The position numbers were made by a program, and so were the translations under genes. DNA of 64,000 bases from the human T2T-CHM13v2.0 reference genome, Homo sapiens. This document shows, one piece after another, positions 28,022-40,643 of the stretch (the stretch's first letter is position 1; each line of letters opens with the position of its first letter). A model generated the notes under the pieces. That model was not told where the DNA came from. It did not search any database and saw only the letters and a list, made by a program, of their open reading frames with translations. The stretch lies in the NCBI RefSeq assembly GCF_009914755.1, contig NC_060928.1; one strand, given 5' to 3'.

Positions 28022-29371
28022 GAGAGTACCATGGCATTCAGCACCTTATAAAAGCTTTGTCTTACTTTCTGGAAGAGTTTACAATAGATTTCAGCATTAT
28101 TAACCTTTATTTGTAGAGTTATCACTCTTCTGCTCAAAAGTTCCTCAGCTGCTGTGCCTATGGAGTAGGCATTCTTGTATTCCTTTACTTTCTTAAAAAA
28201 CTTGCTTTCCCTTTAGTCTATGGATTTGCCCTGAATCCTTTCTTGCAGAGATCCAAGAACCCTCTCTTGAAATCTGGATTGGCACCCCTTTCTGGTAACA
28301 CCTTCTTGATGAACCATGAAGAGACTACGCTGAGGAGACCCCCAACCCAAAGGAAAGGAAATAGACTGCAGCACTAATTGACTGACTGGGTAAGTGGGGT
28401 GCATCTGCCTGAGTAAAGGATGGAATTAGCTTAGAGGCACAACTTAGGGGAGTTAGAGTCTCTCCTAAGACAGAGAGGGTTAAAGGCCCCACTTAATAAA
28501 AGGCAAGGATGCTTGACTGAACTTAGGTTCGAGGCCCAACTTAGGAAGGTTAGAGTCCTTCCTAAGGTTTACTGGCTTAAAGGCCCATCTCAGTACAGTC
28601 CCTCTTAGCTAAAAATGACAGGAGCCATCTGGAGGAATGTTTGAGCCTTGCCAGTTTGATATTGGGTGGTAAGCAGAGTGGCTACTGTAGCAAATCTGGT
28701 GTATCTTGTGCCATAAACTTGTCTTTCTATATTGTTCTGTCATAAAGAGGGGTACCTTAGGATAGAACACGGGGCTAGGATCCCATACACCTGCTGTTCA
28801 AGATAACCCAGTAAACCAGTCAGTTACAAACTTTGCTGCAGATGCTTGGACAAAAAAAAAAAACCAAAAACTGAATAAAGTTTTCATCTCGTTTCATGTC
28901 CTTGGAAGCTTGACCTTGTAAAGACATGGTAGCACTTTCTCTTGGTTTCCACCGTCCAGGAGACAGGAATTTTGGAATTCATGTCATAGTTAGCCCTAAA
29001 AATTATCTTGAGCAGTTAAAAGCCTTTGCAAGCTCAAAACTGGCTGCTGTAGGCTCCTTTTGGGAAGGGCAATGGGAACTGCCCAGTGCTGTAGCTTAGT
29101 AACTAAGGCTTTGTCTTTTCACAATGGTGGCACGTGTTCAGGGTTCAATTCCTGGCTTAAAGCATGAGTCCTTTCTGTGTGATATCTGTGTGATCTTTAC
29201 CATTTATTTATTCTCTTCCCCTCCATGAACTATCTTGGTTTTTTTTTTTTTTGTCTGAGCACCTGGGAGGTTAGCTTTAGTAAAGTTCAAAAGCCAGAAA
29301 TGTTGGCAGTTTGGTGTGGCTAACCATGGGTAATAAGAAATTTAAAAGGATTTATTTTCTTTAAAGAACAC

Positions 29372-29727
29372 TGTATTAGTCTATTATCATGCTGCTAATA
29401 AAGACATATGCAAGACTGTGTAATTTATAAAGGAAAGAGATTTCATTGACTCACAGTTCCACATGGCTAGGGAGGCCTCACAATACGGCAGAAGGTGAAT
29501 GAGGAGCAAAGTCATTTCTTACATGGTGGCAGCCAAGAGGGCATGTGCAGGGGAACTTCCCTTTATAAAACCATTGGTTCCCATGAGACTTATTCACTAT
29601 CACAAGAACAGTATTGGGGAAACTGCCCCCCATGATTCAATAATCTTCACCTGGCCCTGCCCTTGACATGTGGGGATTATTACAATTCAAGGTCAGCTTT
29701 GGGTGGGGACATAGCCAAACTATATCA
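29372..29727 (-). mobile_element. THE1 solo LTR nested in MER41 internal region
   Basis: tgtattagtc...ccaaactatatca. Confidence 0.88.
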
Positions 29728-30844
29728 AGCTTCTGTTCTGTTTTGCATTGCCTTATATGATGGTTTTTACTCTTGGGGGTATCTGAAACCACTTTGCGTT
29801 ATGAAAGAGCTTTGATGTGTAATGACTAGGTAGAAAAAATAGTTTTGGAGATCCTCAGCTCTTTGCATGTTTGGATCAGAGAAACATGCTCTTGGCCACC
29901 TGGAAGGTATGAAGACATCCCTAACCCCCAAATCCCCACTGAGAGAAAAGACTGCCACGCAGGATGGGCTAATCACAGAACAGGCTGATTGGATTTTGTT
30001 TCCTTTGCAATAAAATCATTGCACTGTATTGTTCTATAGAGTTTCTCTGTTTTGGGATCTAAGATCTGATATAAAAAATGGGATCCTTAATTTTGGGAGA
30101 TAATGTTTTACCTTCCAGTTGTGCATGCTTATAAGGCCATAGAAACTGCATGCTTTCCTGGCCCTGTTCCTCCAAGGGCTCCACCTTGAAGTCAATAATC
30201 CAGTTAAAGAACTAGCAAATGAAAGATCTTAAAACTACTGGACCTCCTTCTTCTGTCTGTGTATTTATATGTGTTGTGTGTGTGATATGAAAGAGCTTTG
30301 ATTAATTGGTTTAAAAATAATAAGAGCTTAAATCAAATATTTTATCAGAAAAATAAAAACTGTAATGTCTTTTAGTTCACATGGCTTTAGCAATCTTTTG
30401 GAAATAAAAACAGTTTTACATGCAACATGTGTAAAGAAAGTAAAATGTGTTTTTGGTAAAAGATTATAAGAAGTCATGGGAATGTGGATTTTTTTAACCT
30501 ATATTAAAGCGTTAACAGATTGTTTTAAGTTAGATAGAATAAAGCTGAAGGTTTGAGCAAGTTGTAGAAGGTTCAGAAAAATTAACCTTGTAAAAGAAAG
30601 TCTGTGTGTAAACATATTGGCTAAAGTTAAAGGGGTATTATTCAGTTTTTCCATAAACTGAACATTGGAATAAAAACACAACAGGTTTTTCTTACACCAC
30701 TGATCTGCTCCTTAACAAAAAATGTAAAGGATTATAAAAAAAGATTTATGAGAATCTTATCTTATGGTCAGACATTAAAATTGAATAGATTTGTCTGTAA
30801 GGTTTTATTAAGAATTGTGTTTGACATCAATAATGCCCTAACGT

Positions 30845-31150
30845 GGACAGACATGAGGGCTCGTGCCTGTAATCCCAACACTTTGAGAGGCCAAAGCAGG
30901 CTGATCACTTGAGGCCAGGAGTTGGAGACCAGCCTTGACAACATGGTGAAACCTCATCTTTACTAAAAATACAAAAATTAGCCAGGTGTGGTGGTACATG
31001 CCTGTAATCCCAGCTATTTGGGAGTCTGAGGTATGAGAATAGCTTGAATCCAGGAGGCGAAGGTTGCAGTGAGCCCAGATTGTGCCACTAGACCCCAGCC
31101 TGGGCAACAGAGAGATACTTTGTCTCAAAAAGAAAAATAATAATAATAAT
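30845..31150 (+). mobile_element. AluS nested in MER41 internal region
   Basis: Dimeric Alu; degenerate TSD aataatgc..taa.gt. Confidence 0.9.
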
Positions 31151-34123
31151 AATGCAGTAATGTAACAGTACAATTTGGCTTTCTCTCTTGAACAAGATTT
31201 TTAAATTTTATTTAAAAAAGGTTTTTGTTTGCCTTTTGAATAAACTATAGGAAAAAGAAGAGAAAGAAATGTTTGGAAAGCTAAGTCTTTCCTCTATTAA
31301 TTTGTAAAGATTTTTGTCTTCTTAAAATTTTTAAGTTATCATTTTGACTAAATGAATAACTTACCAATAATTTATGGTGGCCTGGGACTTTATTTTTTAA
31401 TATCAAGTGTTTTAAACCTTGATATTTGAAAAACTTTCTAAAACTAAATTATAAATTATGTCTTTTTCAGAACTAATTAATCTTTTAAAAATTAGGTCCC
31501 TAAAGTTCAGAAGAGACATATTGGCTTATTTGGTATAAAAATTATACAGGAAGCATTGTCAAATATGAAATGGTGCTTGGTTTTCTTTGGGCAGTGTTTG
31601 TATAAATGTGTTATTGATATGTGTTCCAAAACTTTCTTAAACTCCTATAATTCTGATGACTTAGTATATGTTATTAAAAACTATAATTGTTATGTAAAAT
31701 TGTTGTATGCCACAGGAGTAATCAAAATTTCTAGTCAATTGTAGCTTTAATAGAGGCTGCCCTAAGATGTTTTGTCATCCATGGACAATTGTTTTCTAGT
31801 TTTCATCCTCTTCAAAAGGTGGTTTATAATCAGCTATAGAACTTTCAGGTGCTCTTGAATGCAGGTTTCTGACAACTTTGGAAATTATGACACTAGAATA
31901 GAGAGAAAAACTTTCAGGACTCATGGAGAGCCAAAATGTTTATGAATATCAAGCAGGACAGGAGTTAACTTAATAGAAATTAATAGAAGGCTTATGTGAT
32001 CTTTTTTGACTTTTTGCTTAAAACATTGCTGATCTTTTATCTTGTTTTTTAGAGTCAAGGAAACTTTTCTTTTGAGCTATTTACAGCTTTTAATGACTGA
32101 TTATAGTATACTCCCATGAACAAAAGGTGGAGCATATTTGTTTCTCTCTACCTGATTTCTCCAGAATTTGGAGACTATGTGTGAGTATTCTTAACTTATG
32201 GCAATATAGTTATTTGCGTAAGTGCAATAACAATGTTTTATTTTTCAATAGGACACAATTGGAGAAACTCGTTATTTTACCAAGGCCTTGACTAGAATGG
32301 TGTGCTTTCCTTTAAAGAATCAAATTTAACTTGTAGAACCAATAAAAAGCCCTTGGGAAAACTGGCCTTATACATTGTCTACACAGTCCCTGTACAGGGT
32401 TCCTGACCTACAGTAAGTAAAGAATGTCACTTTCTAATAGCCTCAGAAGCCCCAAATTACCTTGGGACCTCAAGTGGAGAGGAATTTACCCAACTCATGG
32501 GTATTTGAGGGTACAAACCTATGGCTGGGATTGGTTTTAAAAGTCTTATCTGAGATTACTTCTATGGAACAGATTTCCATCAAAGCCAATTTTTAAAAGC
32601 CTATGTAAAAAAATAATTATTTTTGCTGAATTTATAGAAATAATCAGGCCAAGTATAATAAAGCAAATCAGTCTTACCATGATTTATCCTTAGTAAAAAT
32701 GGGAAACTGGAGAGAGAAAAAAATCATGTTTCAAAAACTGTGGTACACCTGTTACTAGACCCTAGTCTCATAAATTGTTTTGGAGTTTTTTTTTTCCTGA
32801 GATTTAAACTGACCCTACTTTTTTCCTGTGAACCAACCAGTGATTTCTGGCTGCTGCTCAGGAGAAACAGGAGAGATGCATAATGTAAAAATATGGATCA
32901 ATATTCTAATTCTGAGCATGTTGGAATCAGCTAGCAACCCATATCAGCTTGGTTTCAACAATTGCCCAGTTCATGGTAAGCATTCTTATTTCATTTAGTT
33001 GGGGTAATTTTACTTATTTTGCTTTACTATTGTGGAATATATTGCTGTTCTACTCTTTGTGTAGGAATGCAGGATAAGCTTACCAAATGTTTTCTTAAAC
33101 TGAACACTTATTAATTTTCCAGATATCACCTTTTGTTGGAACTCAAGAGTTATGAGTGGCCCTTAACATACCGATGTTTTCTAACTGAGCTGCTCTCTAC
33201 CCTGAATACAAGAGACCTTAATAGTTAGGTAGGACTATCATTGCCCCTGTTCACCATGAATAAGTTACAGAAGATGAATCTTCATCCCTCTGCAACCCTT
33301 AGTATTAAGGATTCCCTTGTAAAAGGGAAGGGGGGAAATATGTCAGAGACATTTGAACCAGAGCAACTTCATCTTGAGTAGGGGCTGTGTAAAATAAGGC
33401 TGAGAGACCTACTGGGCTGCATTCCCAGGAGGTTAAGACGTTCTAACTCACAGAATGAGATAGGAGGTTGGCCCAAGATACAGGTCATAAAGACCTTGCT
33501 GATAAAGCAGGTTGCGATAAAGAAGCCAGCCAAAACCCACCAAAACCAAGATGGCAATGAGAGTGACCTCTGGTCATCCTCACTGCTCATTATACATATT
33601 ATAATGCATTGACATGCTAAAAGACACTCCCACCCACGCCATGACAATTTCCAAATGTCATGGCAATGTCAGGAAGTTACCCCATATGGTCTAAAAAGGG
33701 GAGGAAACCTCAATTCTGGGTATTGCCTACCTCTTTCTCAGAAAACTCATGAAGAATACACCTCTTGTTTAGCAAATAATCAATAAATAACTGTAAGTAT
33801 CCTTAGTCTAATATCCCAAGCTTCTGCTCTGTCTATGAAGTAGACATTCTTTTATTCCTTTACTTTCTTAATAAACTTGCTTTCACTTAAAAAAAGTTCA
33901 TCATATTCCACAGGGTAAATGCATTAGGATAGCATTCAAGGTTCTCCATAACTGTCTACAACCTGCTTTTTCTATCATATTTATTAGTTCTCCAACGAAA
34001 ACCTACTTTACTTCATTAAAAAATGATATTCCTATTTAATGTCCCTAAGATATATGATAACATTTTTCTCCTTCATTTACTTTATATTTTACTTCTTATT
34101 GTTATAAGTTCTTACTATTTTTC

Positions 34124-35102
34124 TGTTAACAGGAAAATCAAACTCTAAAATATTTTAAAGAGTTTTATTCTGAGGTAATATGAATGACCATGAGCCCAGA
34201 GAAAACACAATCTCAAGAAGTCCTGAGAAAGTGCGCCCAAGGTGGTTAAAGTTTGGTTTCATACATTTTAGGGAGGCAGGAGTTACAGGCAAAGATATTA
34301 ATCAATACACGGAAGGTATTCATTGGTTTGACCTCAAAATGGTGGGATATCTTGAAGGGGGAGCGGCTTACAGTTTATAGGTGGATTCAAAGATTCTTTA
34401 ATTTGCAATTGATTAAAGGAGTAAGGTTCTCTCTAAAACTTAAAGTCAGCAGAACAAATTGTTTTAAATGTTTTAAGTCAAGATAAAGATGTAGCAAGAT
34501 AAGGATGTGGCAAGATTGATGGCCTGTGGGTGAGGCTTCACACTTGCCTTGCATGGCCTTAGGACTTGTTTATAATTTACTATCTTACTGCAGCAAAGTA
34601 TCTGTTATGTCAGTCTTAAGATGTCTATTTTAACATTAATGCTAGTCAGCTGTTATGCCTAAACTGCAAAAGGGAGAGAGTATAAGGCAGCATGTCTGAC
34701 CTTCCTTCACATCATAGCCAAGATTTCAGTTTTGTCTTTTTTTTGTTTTGTTTTGTTTTGTTTTGAATTGAGGTGAAGTTTCACTCTGTTGCCCCGGCTG
34801 GAGTGCAATGGCGTGATCTTGGCTCACTGCGACCTCCAGCCCCCCGGGTTCAAGTGATTCTCCTGCCTCAGCCTCCCAAGTAGCTGGGATTACAGGCATC
34901 TGCCATCATGCCCAGCTAATTTTTGTATTTTTAGTAGAGACAGGGTTTCACCATGTTGGCCAGGCTGGTCTCGAACTCCTGACCTCATGATCCACCTATG
35001 GAATTATAGCTGTGAGTCACTGTGCCAGGCCAGGAATTCAGTTTTTAAGGTTTTTCTCCCCTTGGCTAAGGGAGAGGCTTAGGATTTTACTTTTAGTTTA
35101 CA
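34124..35102 (-). mobile_element. MER4-group LTR with nested minus-strand AluS (~34735-35031)
   Basis: gagttttattctgag...cctgagaaagtgcgcccaaggtggtt...ttttagtttaca. Confidence 0.75.
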
Positions 35103-35654
35103 GTTCTCATAAAACACCCTATTTTTTCCTGCCAATGAATCCTACCCATTTTTCAAGATCTAGCTCAGATTTTAGCTTTTTAGAGAGACCTTTTTAAGCA
35201 CCTTAACGCCCTGTGATTCTTCCATATATCAACTCAATTCTCACAGCAACGCTATGAGGTAGGTATTATTACCTGTTATTTTATAGATTGTTAAACTGAA
35301 GCATGAAGAGGTTAAATAACCTGCCAAGCATTTCATGATTAGTATGTGACAGGTGAAATTCAGACCCAGAAGATCTGCTCCAGAGTCCTTGCCATTGCCT
35401 GCTCTACTCTTTTAATTATTCTAAATTCCTAGAGAAGAAGAAAATATGGTAAAGTGGAAGAAGATACACTCTGAAAATCTGGCTGCAAATTTGAGTTGGG
35501 TTGTTTACATTCTATATGACCTTGGGCAAATTACTTAAACTCTCAGAGTCTCATTTTTCGTTTTTAAAAAATAGAAAATTGTGAAGACGAAGTTAAAAAG
35601 ATATATCTAAATTTCCAGACACATAATAAGTATTATGTATTGTGTATTCAAAGA

Positions 35655-36342
35655 GAGCCAACAGCCTTTGAAAAGACTATAATGGTGAGAAAATTATGAC
35701 AGTGAAAGAGATCTAATCTAACTGACTCCATCTTGCCTATAACCTCCAAGCTGCCTTTGTTCATTCTTGGGCATAGGCCAAACTAACTCTGGGAGGAATT
35801 TAGTTTATAATTTAACTTTGGAGCAAAGGTGATAACAGCGCTTCCCTAAACAAATTGCCTTCTTGCTGGGGGGACCAGACTGCCTTCATAAAGCTAACAA
35901 ATGAGACACAAGATTAGAAATTATGACTCAGAAGTCATGCAGCTAGAGGCTACAACCTCCCCAGTTGTTCCTATGAATAACATAACTACTGCAAAACCGA
36001 ACATTGGTGTTCAAGATATTTTTTTAGACCCTATGTTCTGATAGATCAGCTGGTACAACCCAGACTGGTAAACTGGCTCATCTGATCTTGTGGCCTCCAC
36101 CCAGGAACTGACTCAGCACAAGAGGACCCAACTAATCAACATTCCCCATTTCCTAGTTCCTGCCTGCCAAAGTATCTGTAAAAAACCCTAGCATCTGAAT
36201 TTGAGGGGAGGCTGATTTGAGTAATAAGAAAATTCTGCTCTCCCATTTAGCTGGCTCTACGTGTATTAAACTCTTTCTCTATTGCAATTCCCTTGTCTTG
36301 ATAAATCAACTTTATCTGGGAAGCAGGCAAGAAAAACCCACA
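35655..36342 (+). mobile_element. LTR8-type solo LTR
   Basis: aaattatgacagtgaaagagatctaatctaactgactccatcttgc... Confidence 0.8.
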
Positions 36343-36525
36343 TCTTTTTTATAAAAACAAGTCAAAATGTTTTATCTGCTCTTCCATTATGAGGTCATTT
36401 GTGAATTTCATTTAACTCTAACATTTAGCCTTTTACCTTTAGTACAACAGACAGAACTGGTGGGTTGAATACTGTTTAGGTTAATACTCAATGTCTCTGA
36501 ACTTGAGCCAAGTTTATAAATTTAC

Positions 36526-36659
36526 TCAAGAAAACAAGAAGCTACATTCACCAGCCACTGCCTGATGATTAGAGAGGCTCCACAGTGGTGTTGGCTTCTC
36601 CCTCATATGTTGGCCTGCCATGGCCATCGGCCCTGTACAGAACTCCTCCCAGTCAAAAG
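36526..36659 (-). pseudogene. TMPRSS11B-like pseudogene, exon-7 (serine protease N-terminus) paralogue
   Basis: GRSSVQGRWPWQANI*GRSQHHCGASLIIRQWLVNVASCFL|gtaaat; ungapped match to TMPRSS11B [41 protein letters not shown], same phase-2 donor; stop codon present and catalytic His lost. Confidence 0.9.
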
Positions 36660-37042
36660 TCAGTCAGTTTTTCCAAAATTGGTGTCTGATGATGACTGTC
36701 ATCTACAGGCTGGCAAAAAAAGTGGTTAGCTTGTCGACTCCAAGAGCAGATTTATCTATTTATATTACATATTCATGACTGCAAATCAGTACTTACATTA
36801 ATAATGCAAAGTACTCTGATTAACGTTTATATTAACCATAACTACTTGTGAGGTTTCTTCTGGGTTGGGAGAGTTTTGTTGTTAGATTTCTTCAGCAGGT
36901 GCTATGTTTGCAATACGCTGAGTTGTTAACGACTAATTATTTTATCTTTCCTGATCGATAAATAATATATTTAAGATATATTTATGCTTTCTGCTTTGCT
37001 TTATGCTATTCTGCTCTGTATTCCTATTTAGTGTACCACTAA

Positions 37043-37214
37043 ACATAGTACATATAGTACACATAGTACATATAGTGTACACATAGTACATATAGTGTAT
37101 TACACATAGTACATGTAGTGTATTACACATAGTACATATAGTGTATTACACATAGTACATATAGTGTATTACACATAGTACATATAGTACATATAGTGTA
37201 TTACACATAGTACA
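37043..37214. repeat. Minisatellite, ~23-bp unit acatagtacatatagtgtattac
   Basis: About 7 imperfect units with internal 9-bp sub-repeats. Confidence 0.93.
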
Positions 37215-37489
37215 AATTGAGATGAATATATAGCATGAACAACATATTATATAGGTAATTCATTATAAAATTACTAGGTTAATTTATTCTTTCTATAAAA
37301 AATATAGATTAGTTTTTATTTTCTTTGACTTCTCAATTCTTCTTTTGTTTCCTTATTTTATTTTACTCAGATGTGATATCTCTCACTTCTACTTCTCTTA
37401 ACCATTGCTTTGTTTCTGTGTTATATGGAAGAGTAATTGACTAAAGGATTCCAGAAAGGTCTGTTGCACTATTTTAAAAGATAAATGTA

Positions 37490-39905
37490 TGTATTAGTCC
37501 ATTTCACACTACTATAAAGAACTATGCAAGACTGAGTAATTTATAAAGAAAAGGGGCTTAATTAACTCATAGTTCCACATGACTGGGGAGGCCTCAGGAA
37601 ATATACAATCTTGGTGGAAGGAGAAGGGGAAGCAAGGCACGTCTTACATGGTGTCACGAGAGAGAGAGCACGCAGGGGAAACTGCCACTTTTAAACCATC
37701 AGATCTCATGAAAACTCCATCACTATCACAAGAACAGCATGGGGAAACTGCCCCCATTATCCAATCACCTCCCACCAGGTTCCTCCCTCGACATGTGGGG
37801 ATTACAAGTTAAGATGAGATTTGGATGGGGACACAGAGCCAAACCATATCATTCTGCCCCTGTTCCCCTGACCAAATCTCATGTCCTCACATTTCAAAAC
37901 CAATCATGCCTTCCCAAAAGTCTCCCATGTCTTAGTTCATTCTAGCATTAACTCGAAAGTCCAAGTCCAAAGTCTCATCTGAGACAAGGCAAGCCCCTTT
38001 CACCTATAATCCTATAAAATCAAAAGCAAGTTAGTTACTTGTAAGACACAATGGGGATACAGGCATTGGGTAAATGTTCCCATTCCAAATGGGATAAATT
38101 GGTCAAAACAAAGAGGCCACAGGCCCCACGCTAGTCTGAAACCCAACTCTGCACTAATTAAATCTTAAAGCTCCAAAATCTCCTTTGACTCCATATTTCA
38201 TATTCAGGGCACACTGGTGCAAGGGGTGAGCTCCCATGGCCTTGAGTGGCTCTGCAGGGTACAGCTCCTGTGCCTGCTTTCACAGGCTGGTGTTGAGTGC
38301 CTGTGGTTTTTCCAGATGCACAATGCAAGCTGTCAGTGGATCTACCATTCTGGGGTCTAGAGGACAGTGGCCTTCTTCTCACACCTCCACTAGACAGTGC
38401 CCCAGTGGGGACCCTGTGTGAGGGTTCCAATCCCATGTTTCCCCTCTGCATTGTATTAGTAGAGGTTCTCTATGAGGCCTCCACCACTGCAACGGACTTA
38501 TGCATGGACATCCAGGTGTTTTCATGCATCTTCTGAAATCTAGGTGGAGGTTCCCAAACCTCAACTCTTGTCTTCTGTGCACTCAAAGGCCCAACATCAC
38601 ATGGAAGCCACCAAGGCTTGGGACCTGCACACTCTGAAGCAATGGCCCAAGCTGTACATGGCTGGAGCAGCTGACATGCAGGGTGCCATGTCCCAAGGCT
38701 GCACAGAGCAGGGGGACCCTGAGCCCAGTTCACATGAAACCATTTTTCCTTCCTAGGCCTCCAGGCCTATGATGGAAGGGGCTGCTGTGAAGATCTTTCA
38801 CATGCCCTGGAGATATTTTCCTCATTGTCTTGGCTCTTAACATTCAACTCCTTGTTACTTATGCAAATGTCTTCAGCCAGCTTGAATTCCTTCCCAGAAA
38901 ATGGGTTTTTCTTAGCTGCCTCTTGGTCAGGCTGCAAATTTTTCAAACCTTTATGCTCTGCTTCCCTTTTAAACATAAGAAGTTCCAATTTCAAACCATC
39001 TCTTTGTGAACTCGCATGACTGAACACTTTCAGAATCAACCAGGCCACATCTTGAATGCTTTGCTGTTTGGAAGTTTCTTCTGCCAGATACCCTAAATCA
39101 TCTCTCTCAAGTTCAAAGTTCCACAGATCTCCAGGGCAGGGGCAAAATGCCACCTGTCTCTTTGCTAAAAAAAAAGCATGTGTGACCTGTGCTCCAGTTC
39201 CCAATAAGTTTGCCATCTCCATCTGAGACCACCTCAGCCTTGGCTTTATTATCCATATCACTATCAACATTTTGGTTAAAACCATTCAACAAGTCTCAAG
39301 GAAGTTCCAGACTTTCTCACATCTTCCTGTCTTCTTCTGGCCCCTCCAAACTGTTCCAATCTCTCCCCATTACCCAGTTCCAAAGTTGCTTCCACATTTT
39401 CAAATATCTTTATAGCATTACCCCACTCTTGGTACCAATTCTCTGTATTCATCCATTTTCACACTGATATAAAGAACTACCCAAGATAAAGAAAAGAGGT
39501 TTAATTGACTCACAGTTCTTTCTGGCTGGTGTGGCCTGAGGAAACTACAATCCTGGTGGAAGGGAAGCAAAACATGTCTTACATGGTGTCAGGAGAGACA
39601 GAGCACGCAGGGGAAACCCACTTTTAAACCATGAGATCTTGTGAGAACGCTCTCACAATCATGAGAACAGCATAGGGGAAACTGCCCCCATGATCCAATC
39701 ACCTCCCACCAGATCTTCCCACATCATGGGATTACAATTAGAGACGAGATTTGGGTAGGGACACAGAGCCTAACTATATCATTCTGCCCCCGTGCCCTCC
39801 CAAATCTCATGTCCTTTTCACATTTCAAAACCAATCATGCCTTCCCAGCAGTCCCCCCAATGTCTTAACATATTCCATCATTAACTGAAAAGTCCAAATC
39901 CATAA
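37490..39905 (-). mobile_element. MST (MaLR) LTR-internal-LTR plus extra internal fragment
   Basis: LTRs 37490-37851 and 39444-39781; internal sequence between them; the LTR-adjacent internal end is repeated at 39782-39905. Confidence 0.88.
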
Positions 39906-40269
39906 GTAAAGTCATGTGAACTAAAAGTCTACAGTTTTTATTTTTCTGATAAAATATTTTATTTAAACTCATTATTTTTAAACCAATTAATCAATATACT
40001 ATCATCTTTAGTAAAGGATGCACCTTGAGAAAATATTAGAGGATGTGTTACATTCGTTACAAATTTCTCATTGTTGATTAAAATGTCAGCATTGCTCTCA
40101 TTATGAAATTTGGGAAAGAAAGGGAACATTTTTTAACCCAAACTAAGTAACTAATAGTCAGTTTTAAAAGCTTAGTTATTTGGATTATTTCATTACTCAA
40201 AAACTGGCTCACTGACGATTCAGGACTTTTTGCTCTTACCACTTACATTTTAGTCATTACCCCACATGT

Positions 40270-40283
40270 CCACTAGATGGTGT
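40270..40283 (+). promoter_or_regulatory. Candidate CTCF core motif
   Basis: CCACTAGATGGTGT vs CCASYAGRKGGCRS; motif only. Confidence 0.4.
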
Positions 40284-40447
40284 GTAAGGACAGAAAAAAA
40301 TAAATTAAAAAATCAAAGAACTTAGAGGGAGATGACCACAGTGTTTAAGTGAAGAGCTGAGAATTTTCTTTGGATTTTATCCCTAGTAATTCCAGTTACT
40401 CTAAAACAAGTGAGAAAGATCCATACTAAAGAAAACCTTTTTAATGT

Positions 40448-40643
40448 CATCCTGGCCAACATGGTGAAACCCCGTCTCTGCTAAAAACACACAAATTAGC
40501 TGTAGTCCTAGCTACTAAGGATGAGGCGGTAGAATCTGAACCCGGGAGGCGGAGGTTTCAGTGAGCCGAGATCGCGACACTGCACTCCAGCCTGGCGACA
40601 GAGCGAGACTCCGTCTCAAAAAAAAAAAGAAGAAAGAAAAAAA
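40448..40643 (+). mobile_element. 5'-truncated Alu
   Basis: catcctggccaacatggtgaaacc...A tail. Confidence 0.85.

Larger units (their letters stand above)
28148..33891 (+). mobile_element. MER41 ERV copy with R-U5-internal-U3-R-A(n) structure
   Basis: 5' LTR piece 28148-28300 lacks U3; decayed PBS follows; PPT aaaagggaaggggggaaata; 3' LTR 33341-33888 lacks U5; TSD aaaagttc(c/a)tca at 28136-28147 and 33892-33903. Confidence 0.88.

Noticed and set aside
28301-33340. gag/pol/env coding potential in the MER41 internal region
   Set aside because: AT-rich with no long ORF or retroviral protein motif; non-autonomous.
38767-39285. 172-aa ORF (and the 187-aa ORF at 46199-46762)
   Set aside because: Both lie within MaLR (MST) internal sequence; repeat-derived, with no gene evidence.
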